IMG/VR virus record: IMGVR_UViG_3300033434_000373
Span: 1-40,069 of that record
Length of the DNA: 40,069 nt
From: a virus
Taxonomy: Duplodnaviria; Caudoviricetes
Direction: 5' to 3' (one strand)
Under the pieces are notes generated by a model, which had not been told where the DNA came from, made no database searches, and saw nothing but the letters and a program-made list of their open reading frames with translations. The translations under genes were made by a program, and so were the position numbers. Below are positions 6,652 to 16,333 of the stretch, in pieces. Every line of letters starts with the position of its first letter. The first letter of the stretch is position 1.

Positions 6652-7436
6652 CAGGAAAGTTTAGGGCGAGTTACGTCCATGTTTTTGAACCGCAAGTACC
6701 CCAGGGCGGAGGAGATCCTAAGTATAGCATTACAATGCTGATTCCTAAGAGTGACTTAGCTACGCTTAATATGATTCAGGCTGAAATGAATCGGGCCTTA
6801 CAGGAGGGGCTGGCGAAGGTTTACAATGGCCAGATGCCCGCAAGGCCGAAACTTCCGCTGTATGACGGGGACGGTGTTCGTGCAAGTGGAGAGCCCTTCG
6901 GTGATGAATGCAAGGGGTGTATGGTTATTACTGCTTCTTCAAAGACCAGGCCTTCTATTGTAGATCTTAATGTTCAACAGATAATTGACCCCAATACTTT
7001 CTATTCCGGCTGTTATGCCAGAGCAACTATAAATTTCTTTGCCTACAATCAAAATGGTAATAAGGGCGTAGGGTGCGGGCTCAATAATGTGCAGAAATTG
7101 GAGGACGGAGAACCCTTATCCGGAAGAGCCACTGCAGATGAAGATTTCGGCGGTCGTAATGCCTGGAATGGACCGGCTACTTACCAGATGCCAACACAGG
7201 GGAATACTCCTGCAGGTTACGGCCAGGCAGGGTACCAAGCACCCAGTCAGCCGGCATATCAAAACCCCGTGGGACAACAATATCAGGCAGCGGTATCTCA
7301 GGGATATGCTTCTAATAGTTATCAGCAGGCAAACGGCTATTCCCAGCCTGTTTACCCAGGTCAAGGTTACGCGCAACCACAGATTGATCCTATCACCGGA
7401 CTGCCGGTGGTGCCCGGAGGAGTGATGGGGATTTGA
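6645..7436 (+). CDS. DUF2815 family ssDNA-binding protein with Q/Y/G/P-rich C-terminal tail
   Basis: RASYVHVFEP, KYSITMLIPK, YSGCYARA, GNKGVGCGLNNVQKLEDGEPL. Confidence 0.9.
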   Translation: MLTGKFRASYVHVFEPQVPQGGGDPKYSITMLIPKSDLATLNMIQAEMNRALQEGLAKVYNGQMPARPKLPLYDGDGVRASGEPFGDECKGCMVITASSKTRPSIVDLNVQQIIDPNTFYSGCYARATINFFAYNQNGNKGVGCGLNNVQKLEDGEPLSGRATADEDFGGRNAWNGPATYQMPTQGNTPAGYGQAGYQAPSQPAYQNPVGQQYQAAVSQGYASNSYQQANGYSQPVYPGQGYAQPQIDPITGLPVVPGGVMGI

Positions 7437-9397
7437 GAACTCTCAGTATAGATATTGAGACATACAGTAGTGTGGATATCAGAAAGTCCGGGCTGTACAA
7501 ATATGTACAGTCGCCGGACTTTGAGATTCTATTATTTGCCTATGCTTACGATGATAACCCTGTTCAGATCGTAGATCTTGCAGGAGGGGAAAAGATACCT
7601 TATTTCACCGTTATGGATTTACATAGACCTGAAGTAAAAAAAACAGCCTTTAATGCAGCTTTCGAATATTATTGTTTAAGTAAGTTTTTCCAGACGCATC
7701 TCGATCAATGGCATTGCACCATGGTTCATGCCTGGTACTGTGGATATTCTGGCGGTTTAGGTGCAATCGGACAGGCGATGCAGTTTCCTGAGGATAAACG
7801 AAAAATGTCAGAGGGAAAAGCCTTGATTAAGTATTTCTGCTCTCCATGCGCCCGCACAAAGCGGAACGGTGGAAGGACTCGAAACCTACCAGATCATGAC
7901 CCTGACAAATGGAAATTATTTAAGGAATACTGCAAGCAGGACGTTGTAACAGAACGAGAGATTAAAAAGCAGTTGGATCCCTATCCGCTCCCGGAGTTTG
8001 AGCATAGATTATGGACCGTAGACCAGTTAATTAACATTGGAGGCGTTTCCATAGACCTGGATATGGTAGACGGAGCTCTTGCAATCAGTAATCAGATCAC
8101 GAATGAGTTGACAGATAAAGCCCGGGATATTACCGGTCTTGAAAATCCAAATAGCGTAGCACAGCTTAAACAGTGGATATCAGATAATGCGGATGTGGAG
8201 ATAGAAAGCTTAAACAAACAAACTGTATCAGATTTATTAAATGACCAGAATGGCGCAGATGAATTAAAGGTTATGCTCCGCATTAGGCAAGAAATGGCCA
8301 AAACATCTGTTAAAAAGTATGAGGCTATGAAAGCTGCTGTGTGCGAGGATAATCGAGTCAGGGGACTTCTTCAGTTTTACGGGGCAACCAGAACCGGTAG
8401 ATGGGCAGGGCGCCTGGTACAGGTGCAGAACTTACCCAGAAATTACATTGAGAGCCTGGATACAGTACGTGAACTTATCAAGAAACGTAAAATAGAGGCT
8501 CTTCGGACCATATATGGAAACATTCCTGACACTTTATCTCAGCTCATACGGACCACATTTATTCCGGCCGAGGGCAAGCAGTTTGCCGTAGCGGACTTTT
8601 CTGCCATAGAAGCCCGTGTCCTTTCCTGGTTAGCTAATGAGACCTGGAGATTAGAGGTTTTTCGCACACATGGAAAGATTTATGAAGCTTCAGCCAGTGC
8701 CATGTTTGGCGTGCCCCTGGAGCTGATAAAAAAAGGGAATCCTGAATATGAACTAAGATCAAAAGGAAAAGTCGCAGAGCTGGCCTTGGGATATCAGGGA
8801 AGCACCGGCGCGCTGATCCAGATGGGAGCATTAAGGGGTGGGTTAGCTGAGGAGGATCTTCCTGATATAGTACAAAGGTGGAGAGCCTCAAATAAGCGTA
8901 TTGTAGATTTCTGGTATAAGGTAGAACGGTATGCCGTTGATTGCATTAAAAACGGGACCAATTCCACAATGCCCTGCGGTGTATCATTCTCCAGAGACTC
9001 CACACGGTTAATTGTTACTTTGCCAAGTGGTAGAAAACTGTTTTACCTACAGCCCCAGCTCATTCCCGATGATCGGAACTATGATCGGATCTACTATATG
9101 GGGCAAGGACAGAAGAGTCGCAAATGGGAGCTGCTGCAAACTTACGGGGGTAAGCTCACTGAGAACATTGTTCAGGCCGTAGCGCGGGATTGTTTAGCAA
9201 ATTCAATTATTAATCTCTATAACGCGGGATACGTAATTAATTTTCATATTCATGATGAAGTAATACTCGAAATCCCTGAGAATGGCAATCAGAGTCTTGA
9301 TGAAGCCATAAGCCTCATGTGCCATGCTCCCGCCTGGGCGGAGGGCCTGCCACTTAATGCAGACGGGTTTGTAAGTGACTATTATAAAAAGGAGTAG
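7433..9397 (+). CDS. Family A DNA polymerase (SPO2/APSE-like)
   Basis: Exo I IDIETYS, TGRWAG, motif A ADFSAIEARV, motif B RSKGKVAELALGY, motif C HIHDEV. Confidence 0.95.
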   Translation: MRTLSIDIETYSSVDIRKSGLYKYVQSPDFEILLFAYAYDDNPVQIVDLAGGEKIPYFTVMDLHRPEVKKTAFNAAFEYYCLSKFFQTHLDQWHCTMVHAWYCGYSGGLGAIGQAMQFPEDKRKMSEGKALIKYFCSPCARTKRNGGRTRNLPDHDPDKWKLFKEYCKQDVVTEREIKKQLDPYPLPEFEHRLWTVDQLINIGGVSIDLDMVDGALAISNQITNELTDKARDITGLENPNSVAQLKQWISDNADVEIESLNKQTVSDLLNDQNGADELKVMLRIRQEMAKTSVKKYEAMKAAVCEDNRVRGLLQFYGATRTGRWAGRLVQVQNLPRNYIESLDTVRELIKKRKIEALRTIYGNIPDTLSQLIRTTFIPAEGKQFAVADFSAIEARVLSWLANETWRLEVFRTHGKIYEASASAMFGVPLELIKKGNPEYELRSKGKVAELALGYQGSTGALIQMGALRGGLAEEDLPDIVQRWRASNKRIVDFWYKVERYAVDCIKNGTNSTMPCGVSFSRDSTRLIVTLPSGRKLFYLQPQLIPDDRNYDRIYYMGQGQKSRKWELLQTYGGKLTENIVQAVARDCLANSIINLYNAGYVINFHIHDEVILEIPENGNQSLDEAISLMCHAPAWAEGLPLNADGFVSDYYKKE

Positions 9398-9402
9398 GGC
9401 GT

Positions 9403-11832
9403 ATGTTTGTAAATGACAGGCAGATCAAAATAGCAGTAGGAACGAGCAGAAAAGCCACATCCTGGCATTTGCAGGAAATGCTCTGGTCCCAATTCGTTCA
9501 GAGGGTATCAAGGCCTGAGAGGACCCAGGAGTCCTTTACTGAATATAAAGGGTTGTCAAAAGCTCAGCAAGATAATCTCAAAGATGTAGGCGGCTTTGTA
9601 GGAGGAATCCTTAAGGGGCAAGCCCGTAGAAATGGAAACGCTGGAGATCGTTACCTAATTACCTTGGATGCGGATAGCATCGTTCCTGGCGGAACCCAGG
9701 GAATTATAAACGCAGTTGATGCATTGGGCTGCGCTTATGTAATTTATTCTACCAGGAAGCATGAAAGTGCAGCTCCAAGGCTCCGGATTATTCTTCCTCT
9801 TGATATCCCGTGTACGGCTGATGAATACGAACCTATAGCAAGAAAGACCGCCGCATTTTTAGGGATGCAGATATTTGATCCCACAACGTTTGAGCCCGTT
9901 CGGCTGATGTACTGGCCAAGTTGTTGTATTGACGGTGAATTTGTTTTCCTCTACGGTGATAAGCCATTTATTTCAAAAGATGGGATGCTTGGGCTCTATA
10001 GCGACTGGCACAACGTAGCTGAGTGGCCAGAGGTACCTGGAGCCGCTAAACTCAGAGACCGATCTGCTAAGAAGCAAGGCAACCCTATAGAAAAACAGGG
10101 AGTAGTCGGTGCTTTTTGTAGAGAGTTTGACATACCAACTGCAATAGCTGAGTTTTTATCAGACGAGTATGTTCCCTGCGGAGAGGACCGGTTTACCTAT
10201 TGTGAAGGATCCACGGTAGGAGGAGCTGTCCTCTACGAAGATGGAAGCTTTCTTTTCAGCCACCATGCAACGGATCCGGCCAGTGGTAAGTTGTGCAACG
10301 CTTTTGATCTCGTAAGGCTTCATAAGTTCTCTGATGAGGATTATGACGCAAAGCCAGATACTCCAGTTACGCAGCTGCCATCTTTTAAGACGATGTGTGA
10401 ATTTGCATTAAAACAGGATTCAGTGGCCAAAGCGGTAGCATCTGAAAGGTATCAAAAGGCTCAGGGTGAGTTTGCAGTATTACCAGAAACCGCAGACAGC
10501 ACTGAAGTAGTAGAGGTGAATTTAGATTGGCTGTCACGTTTAGAATGCCACTCAAAGACAGGTAAACCCCTCAGCACCATTGATAATGCGGTTATTGTCT
10601 TGAACAATGATCCTAAGCTATCCGGAAAGTTCTGGCATGATGAATTTGGTAACAGAGCTGCAGTAGAAAAACCTCTTCCATGGGACGTGGTTCAGGGTAG
10701 TTATAAGCTAAGAGCCTGGGTAGATGAAGACGATGCCGGCTTGAGGCATTACATAGAAAAAGTATACGGAATTACAGGAAAAGAAAGGATATATGATGCC
10801 ATGGCCGTTTATGCTACCTCTCACAAGCACCATAAGATTAAAGAGTATTTAATGGGCCTGAAATGGGATGGGACCCCTCGGTTGGATCAATTACTAATTG
10901 ACTATTTTGGGGCTGAAGACAGCCTGTATACCAGAGCTGTTTCCAGAAAAACATTGGTGGCTGCAGTAGCCAGGGCTATGATTCCAGGTATCAAATTTGA
11001 TTCGATGTTAATTCTTTCAGGAGCCCAAGGCGTTGGAAAAAGTACGTTTTTCCGTTTCCTTGGAAAAGACTGGTACTCTGATAGCTTGGCCACCTTTGAT
11101 GGTAAGGATGCTGCGGAGCTTATACAGGGCTATTGGATTATAGAAGCAGGGGAGCTTGCAGGAATGAATAAATCAGAAATGAATACAGTTAAGCAGTTCT
11201 TAAGCAAGACAGAAGACGTTTACCGCGAGGCATATGGACGCCGTACTAAGCCATTCCCGCGTTCTTGTATCATCGTGGGGACAACCAACGATAAGGAGTT
11301 TCTAAAGGACAGGACGGGCAACCGGCGCTTCTGGCCGGTAGATTTAGGTAAAGGGGAGTCCACTAAGAGTGTATTTAAGCATCTTCCGGACGAGGTGGAT
11401 CAGATATGGGCAGAGGCCTGTGTTCGCTGGCAATGTGGGGAATCCCTTTATCTGGAGGGAGCGATCGCAGAGGAGGCCGTAAGGCAGCAAGAGGAGCATA
11501 AGGAACGTAATGCAAGAGAAGGAATCATTCGGGAGTTTCTGGAAAGAAAAGTACCAAATGATTGGAGTAAGCGGGATCTGGCGTCCCGGCGCGAATTCTG
11601 GAATTTTGCAGGTAAGGAGTATGACGAAAATCTGCTTCAGGAGCGTGATCGGGTATGTGCAGCTGAAATATGGTGTGAATGTTTTAATGGGGATTTAAAG
11701 ATGATGAAGAGATCAGATGGGCTGGAAATAAGTGGAATCCTATCTTGCCTAAGCGAATGGGAGTACAAAGCAACAGTCCGATGCGGACCATATTACGGAA
11801 CGCAACGGGGGTTTGTTAGGAAAAAATTGTAA
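9403..11832 (+). CDS. VirE/VapE-family primase-helicase
   Basis: N-terminal LDAD/YSTRKH primase-like part; Walker A GAQGVGKS; GTTND...LKDRTGNRRFWPV. Confidence 0.92.
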   Translation: MFVNDRQIKIAVGTSRKATSWHLQEMLWSQFVQRVSRPERTQESFTEYKGLSKAQQDNLKDVGGFVGGILKGQARRNGNAGDRYLITLDADSIVPGGTQGIINAVDALGCAYVIYSTRKHESAAPRLRIILPLDIPCTADEYEPIARKTAAFLGMQIFDPTTFEPVRLMYWPSCCIDGEFVFLYGDKPFISKDGMLGLYSDWHNVAEWPEVPGAAKLRDRSAKKQGNPIEKQGVVGAFCREFDIPTAIAEFLSDEYVPCGEDRFTYCEGSTVGGAVLYEDGSFLFSHHATDPASGKLCNAFDLVRLHKFSDEDYDAKPDTPVTQLPSFKTMCEFALKQDSVAKAVASERYQKAQGEFAVLPETADSTEVVEVNLDWLSRLECHSKTGKPLSTIDNAVIVLNNDPKLSGKFWHDEFGNRAAVEKPLPWDVVQGSYKLRAWVDEDDAGLRHYIEKVYGITGKERIYDAMAVYATSHKHHKIKEYLMGLKWDGTPRLDQLLIDYFGAEDSLYTRAVSRKTLVAAVARAMIPGIKFDSMLILSGAQGVGKSTFFRFLGKDWYSDSLATFDGKDAAELIQGYWIIEAGELAGMNKSEMNTVKQFLSKTEDVYREAYGRRTKPFPRSCIIVGTTNDKEFLKDRTGNRRFWPVDLGKGESTKSVFKHLPDEVDQIWAEACVRWQCGESLYLEGAIAEEAVRQQEEHKERNAREGIIREFLERKVPNDWSKRDLASRREFWNFAGKEYDENLLQERDRVCAAEIWCECFNGDLKMMKRSDGLEISGILSCLSEWEYKATVRCGPYYGTQRGFVRKKL

Positions 11833-12078
11833 ACGGAAGGTGTAAACAGACAGGCAAAATGTAAACAGACTGTTTACAAAAATGTAAACGTTGTAAACGG
11901 GTGTAAACAATATAGTGTTTACGGTTAAAACCTGAATATATAAGGGTTTGAGATACTTGTAAACGTTGTAAACATTAATTTTCTTATAAATATAAATTAA
12001 AGGGAAATAAGGGTATATATACCCCACATACCCTTGTACGCTAGGTACTATATACGTGTACGTGAGACAACGTTTACA
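11828..12078. repeat. TGTAAAC iteron cluster plus AT-rich tract; putative replication origin
   Basis: TGTAAAC at 11828, 11841, 11860, 11883, 11892, 11902, 11958 and 11967; inverted GTTTAC at 11872, 11917 and 12072; AT tract ~11974-12010. Confidence 0.75.
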
Positions 12079-12101
12079 TGGCATGGACAGGAGAATTAGA
12101 G

Positions 12102-12395
12102 ATGCTTGAGAAAAAGCTTGAAGAGAAATTCAGGGTGGCAGTAAGTAAGGCGGGCGGTAAGGCCTACAAATTCACGTCACCCGGAAATGATGGCGTCCCG
12201 GATCGGTTGGTGGTACTCCCAGGAGGTTGTATCGGTTTCGTTGAACTGAAGCAGAAGGGGAAAAAGCCGACACCACTCCAGAATAAACGGATTAGAGAGC
12301 TGCGGGATCTTGGTTGCACGGTTCATGTTTTAGACGATCCGGCGAATATCGGAGCCGTAATAGGCAGCATAGCCAGAGGAGGGCAGGCGCTATGA
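12102..12395 (+). CDS. VRR-NUC domain nuclease
   Basis: KFTSPGNDGVPDRLV...FVELKQKGKKPTPLQ; SD AGGAG before ATG 12102. Confidence 0.92.
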   Translation: MLEKKLEEKFRVAVSKAGGKAYKFTSPGNDGVPDRLVVLPGGCIGFVELKQKGKKPTPLQNKRIRELRDLGCTVHVLDDPANIGAVIGSIARGGQAL

Positions 12396-13783
12396 AATTA
12401 ATACCCCATGATTATCAGCGGTACTGTATTAATCGCATGATTGCTGAACCAGAGTTAGGGCTCTTTTTAGACATGGGACTTGGGAAGACCGTTATCACTC
12501 TCACCGCGGTTAATGACTTACGGTATAACCGCTTTGCTGCCAGTAAAGTTCTAGTCATAGCCCCTAAGAAAGTGGCAGAGGACACCTGGACAAGAGAAGC
12601 ATCTAAATGGGATCATTTAAAGCTGCTGCGAGTGGTACCCGTTCTGGGAGCAAAGGCTAAGCGCATTAAGGCAATAAATACCCCGGGTGATGTGTATGTG
12701 CTGAGCAGAGACAACGTCCCTTGGCTTGTTGACTATTACCGGAACGATTGGCCGTTTGACACCGTGGTCATTGACGAACTAAGCAGTTTTAAGAACCCGC
12801 AGGCAAAGCGGTTTAAAAGTTTGGTGCTTGTTCGGAGTCATATCAGGAGGATTTATGGGCTGACCGGTACCCCAGCGCCGAATGGATTAATAGACCTATG
12901 GGCTCAGGTTTTTTTATTAGATCAAGGGAAGCGCCTTGGCGAAAAAATTGGAGTCTATCGGGAAAATTATTTCTCGCCGGCGTCCCGTAACCGCGACGTA
13001 ATATTTTCTTACGCACCGTTGCCAGGAGCGGAGGATACAATACAGAGCAGAATCGGAGATATATGTATTAGCCTTTCGGCAAAAGATTACCTGACTCTTC
13101 CGGAGCGTATTGACAATATAATCCATGTGCAGCTGAGTGACAAAGAGCGTAAGGCCTACGAAAAATTTGAAAAGGAAATGCTTCTGGAAATAGACGAAGC
13201 GACACTTGATGCAGGATCCGCAGCAGTGCTTACAAACAAGCTTCTGCAGTTTTGCAATGGGGCTGTGTATGACGAAAATAAAACGCCGGTGGAAATTCAC
13301 AGTGAAAAGTTGGAGGCTCTTACGGAGATCGTAGAAGCAAATGCGGGTAAACCGGTCCTGGTCTTTTACAATTTCCAGCATGATCGTGCAAGAATAATAC
13401 AGCTCTTTTCCAGATCTGGACTAAAAATTAAAGAGCTTAAAGGTCCAGATACGATAAGCCAGTGGAATAACCGGGAAATAGATCTGCTGCTTGCGCATCC
13501 TGCAAGCGCCGCTTACGGCCTAAATCTCCAGGCGGGGGGCAACATCATTGTGTGGTTCGGACTTAATTGGTCTTTAGAGCTTTATCTACAGGCTAATGCC
13601 AGATTGCACAGGCAAGGACAAAAAGAGAGTGTCATAATACATCACTTGGTTGTCAGCGGGGGTATGGACGAGGACGTCATGGACGCCTTGCAGAATAAGC
13701 AGGTAACACAGGATTCCCTTCTTATGGCCTTAAAGGCCCGGATCGGGAAGGTTAGAGGAGTGGAGAAAGACGGGAGAAATTAA
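12392..13783 (+). CDS. SNF2-family (DExD) helicase
   Basis: PHDYQ, LDMGLGKT, VIDELS, LTGTP, GLNLQ, QANARLHRQGQ; ATGA overlap with VRR-NUC. Confidence 0.93.
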   Translation: MKLIPHDYQRYCINRMIAEPELGLFLDMGLGKTVITLTAVNDLRYNRFAASKVLVIAPKKVAEDTWTREASKWDHLKLLRVVPVLGAKAKRIKAINTPGDVYVLSRDNVPWLVDYYRNDWPFDTVVIDELSSFKNPQAKRFKSLVLVRSHIRRIYGLTGTPAPNGLIDLWAQVFLLDQGKRLGEKIGVYRENYFSPASRNRDVIFSYAPLPGAEDTIQSRIGDICISLSAKDYLTLPERIDNIIHVQLSDKERKAYEKFEKEMLLEIDEATLDAGSAAVLTNKLLQFCNGAVYDENKTPVEIHSEKLEALTEIVEANAGKPVLVFYNFQHDRARIIQLFSRSGLKIKELKGPDTISQWNNREIDLLLAHPASAAYGLNLQAGGNIIVWFGLNWSLELYLQANARLHRQGQKESVIIHHLVVSGGMDEDVMDALQNKQVTQDSLLMALKARIGKVRGVEKDGRN

Positions 13784-13812
13784 TAGACTGATATTTTCCA
13801 CAGGAGTGACAA

Positions 13813-14013
13813 ATAAGCAGTAAAGAGGAACACGCAGCCGCATTTACTACGGAACGGGCCAGAGCCGCCAAACAGGAATACATACTGAAAGGACCCAAGG
13901 CTGATACATTTAGCGCAACAAATCCAGCCTACGCATATACCAGTTCATGCCTGGATCCAAAGCGCAGGAAGCCGACTGCAAGAAAGAAGGTGAAGCATGA
14001 AGCTTTTAGATAA
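13813..14013 (+). pseudogene. 66-codon ORF with ATA in the start position
   Basis: SD AGGAG 6 nt before ATA; open frame SSKEEHAAAFTTERARAAKQEY...; in-frame TGA just upstream. Confidence 0.4.
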
Positions 14014-14188
14014 ACAGATAATAACTGTCCAAGTTTACCCTGAAAGGAAGTTTGGGACTATGATCGGAAGTAATGACGGTCTGATCGGGATCCTTTTGGA
14101 CAGTGGTGAATACATAGATACACCCCAAGATCGGGTGAGAGTTGTGTTGGTGGAGCTGGAAAGTGAGGCCACACAAAAAACTTTATGA
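13997..14188 (+). CDS. Hypothetical phage protein
   Basis: SD AAGGTG; 63 aa. Confidence 0.7.
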   Translation: MKLLDKQIITVQVYPERKFGTMIGSNDGLIGILLDSGEYIDTPQDRVRVVLVELESEATQKTL

Positions 14189-14215
14189 GATTTTTGACAG
14201 CAAGGGGGTGAATTT

Positions 14216-14644
14216 TTGGACCAGGAAACCAAAATAAATGAAGAAAAGAAGGACTACTTAAAATCGTATAAAAAAACACGGAACCGTTTAAATTCTCTTG
14301 AACTCCAACTCAGGCAGCTAAAACTTGATATGTTACATGTCAGAGCCTCGCAGGGTGACGGAATGCCCAGGGGCAAGGGAGAAATGAATGATTTATCAAG
14401 ATTCATGGAGCAAATGGCGAATTTGGAAGAGCGAATTGATAGTAAACGGTCGGAGTTAGTGGATAAACAAATCAAAATAACTTCTGCAATAAATTTGCTT
14501 AATGACGATGACGAGTGCACAATTATGACTGAAAAGTATTTAAACGGTAAAACATGGGAAAAGGTTTCAGAGGACAATGGATATGCATGGATGACAATGC
14601 ATAGGATCCATGGACGCGCATTGAAAAAAATAAAATTGGGATAG
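14216..14644 (+). CDS. RinA/ArpU/DUF1492-like late transcriptional activator
   Basis: Coiled coil then sigma-region-4-like HTH (KYLNGKTWEKVS...HRIHGRALKKI); last early gene; TTG start with SD AAGGGGGTG. Confidence 0.85.
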   Translation: MDQETKINEEKKDYLKSYKKTRNRLNSLELQLRQLKLDMLHVRASQGDGMPRGKGEMNDLSRFMEQMANLEERIDSKRSELVDKQIKITSAINLLNDDDECTIMTEKYLNGKTWEKVSEDNGYAWMTMHRIHGRALKKIKLG

Positions 14645-14671
14645 AATGGTATAATCTTCCTGTGTTATAGT
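14640..14671 (+). promoter_or_regulatory. Putative late promoter
   Basis: Extended -10 TGT-TATAGT (14663-14671) and a TGG-TATAAT, directly after the activator gene. Confidence 0.45.
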
Positions 14672-14685
14672 GTAAACAAGAAATT

Positions 14686-14711
14686 GGGCTTCCTCGTAGG
14701 AGCCCTTTTTA
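14686..14711 (+). terminator. Intrinsic terminator
   Basis: GGGCTTCCT-CGT-AGGAGCCC-TTTTTT. Confidence 0.65.
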
Positions 14712-14762
14712 AACCCGACAGGAATTTTGTTACCGTCATTAAAATACAGAGGAGATGGTAAC

Positions 14763-15515
14763 ATGAATAGTTTCATAAGTTGGATAGGTGGTAAGAAGCT
14801 TCTGAGGAAAAAGGTTTTAGAACAATTCCCAGATCCAGAATCATATAATCGATATATTGAGGTATTCGGTGGAGCGGGCTGGGTATTATTTTCCCAAGAT
14901 AAGCATGCGCCTATGGAGGTATTTAACGATGTAAACGGAGAGTTGATTAATTTATATAGAGTTGTAAAGTATCACCCGGAAGCGCTACAGAAGGAACTGG
15001 AATGGTTGCTTATGTCTCGGGAGCAGTTTTTTGATGAGCTTAATCGAAATACCAGGGGGCTGACAGATATCCAGAGGGCGGCCCGTTTCTTCTGCCTGAT
15101 CAAAGAAAGTTTCGGTGCAGATTGCAGGTCATTTGGTGTTAATAGCAGAGATATGAAAAAGGCGGTCGACTATTTGAAAGATGTTTCTGGCCGGTTAAAC
15201 AGAGTCGTTATCGAGAATCAGGATTTTGAACGGTTGATTAAGACTTATGATCGCCCTGATGCATTATTTTATTTGGATCCACCGTACTACGAAGCGGAGA
15301 AGTATTATCCGGAGCGTTTTAACCCAGAGGATCATAAAAGACTGCGAGATTGCCTGGGCAATATAAAGGGGAAATTTGTATTGTCCTATAATGACTGCCA
15401 GCAGATCAGGGACCTCTATGAAGGATTTACGGTCGTTGAGGTTGAGCGGGCGGACAACTTGGTGAATAAGAGCCAGAGCCGGAGGTATAAAGAGCTTATT
15501 ATCAAAAATTTCTAA
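14763..15515 (+). CDS. Orphan DNA N6-adenine methyltransferase (Dam/D12 class)
   Basis: WIGGK, YIEVFGGAG (motif I), ND, FYLDPPY (motif IV), LSYND; SD GAGGAG before ATG 14763. Confidence 0.92.
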   Translation: MNSFISWIGGKKLLRKKVLEQFPDPESYNRYIEVFGGAGWVLFSQDKHAPMEVFNDVNGELINLYRVVKYHPEALQKELEWLLMSREQFFDELNRNTRGLTDIQRAARFFCLIKESFGADCRSFGVNSRDMKKAVDYLKDVSGRLNRVVIENQDFERLIKTYDRPDALFYLDPPYYEAEKYYPERFNPEDHKRLRDCLGNIKGKFVLSYNDCQQIRDLYEGFTVVEVERADNLVNKSQSRRYKELIIKNF

Positions 15516-15571
15516 CGTAGAGGGCTGCGGACTATAACAGGTTGGTGGTCTATTTTCTTTTAATAAATTAA

Positions 15572-15626
15572 TGTCGAACTTTGTCGAGGAATAGGAGTTC
15601 CTTTTTGTATTTCTCAATGATATGAT
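15572..15626 (+). promoter_or_regulatory. Tandem Spo0A-box-like motifs and extended -10 promoter upstream of the TIR gene
   Basis: TGTCGAA (15572) and TGTCGAG (15582), 10 bp apart; TGA-TATGAT at 15618-15626. Confidence 0.45.
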
Positions 15627-15652
15627 AAAAGAAAATACCAAGGAGAAAGAGT

Positions 15653-16333
15653 ATGGTGATAGCAATGGATTTGGAAACGATGAAAATGTGTTTAGAGGGA
15701 GTCTATGAAATTAAAGAAACAAAGACTACTCCTAACGCTGAACAAATAAAGCTTGATAATGGAGCAGTAATAAACGTGTTCAAAAATGGTAATTATAATG
15801 TTCAGGGAAAAAACAATGTTGAGGTCAAAGAACATATTGAGTATTGTATAGGGGCAGGTGGAAAAATGGATAAAAGCAAGAAAGTATTTATCGTATACGG
15901 CCATGATGAAAAAGCTCGAACTGAATTGGAAAATATACTTCGCAGATGGGGACTTGAGCCAGTTATTCTGGACAAAATGGCTTCTGGAGGAAAGACAATT
16001 ATTGAAAAATTAGAAGGACAGATGCCAGAGATAGGATATGGAATAGTATTAGCGACTGCTGATGATGAAGGATATAGAAAAGGTGCAGAAAATGAAAAAA
16101 TGTACAGATGCAGGCAAAATGTTGTTTTAGAATTAGGTATGCTTCTAGCAAAGCTAGGCAGAGATAAGATAGCAATTTTGCAGCAACATCCAAATGAAAC
16201 AGAACGGCCTTCTGATATACAGGGGCTATTATATATCCCGTTTGAAGAAAAGCTTGAGCCTGAAGCGTCCAAATTGTTGGCCAGAGAAATAGAAAATAAG
16301 TTAGGCATTGTAATTCCAGCATCTGTGTTATAG
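15653..16333 (+). CDS. TIR-domain protein (CAP12/Pycsar-type TIR, PF10137-like) with small N-terminal domain
   Basis: KKVFIVYGHD, GLEPVIL, GKTIIEKLE, IVLATADD, RQNVVLELG (catalytic Glu), PSDIQG; AT-rich. Confidence 0.88.
   Translation: MVIAMDLETMKMCLEGVYEIKETKTTPNAEQIKLDNGAVINVFKNGNYNVQGKNNVEVKEHIEYCIGAGGKMDKSKKVFIVYGHDEKARTELENILRRWGLEPVILDKMASGGKTIIEKLEGQMPEIGYGIVLATADDEGYRKGAENEKMYRCRQNVVLELGMLLAKLGRDKIAILQQHPNETERPSDIQGLLYIPFEEKLEPEASKLLAREIENKLGIVIPASVL

Noticed and set aside
11828-11973. Repeat array as CRISPR
   Set aside because: Units are 7 bp with 2-50 bp irregular gaps in both orientations; there are no 23-47 bp repeats with spacers.
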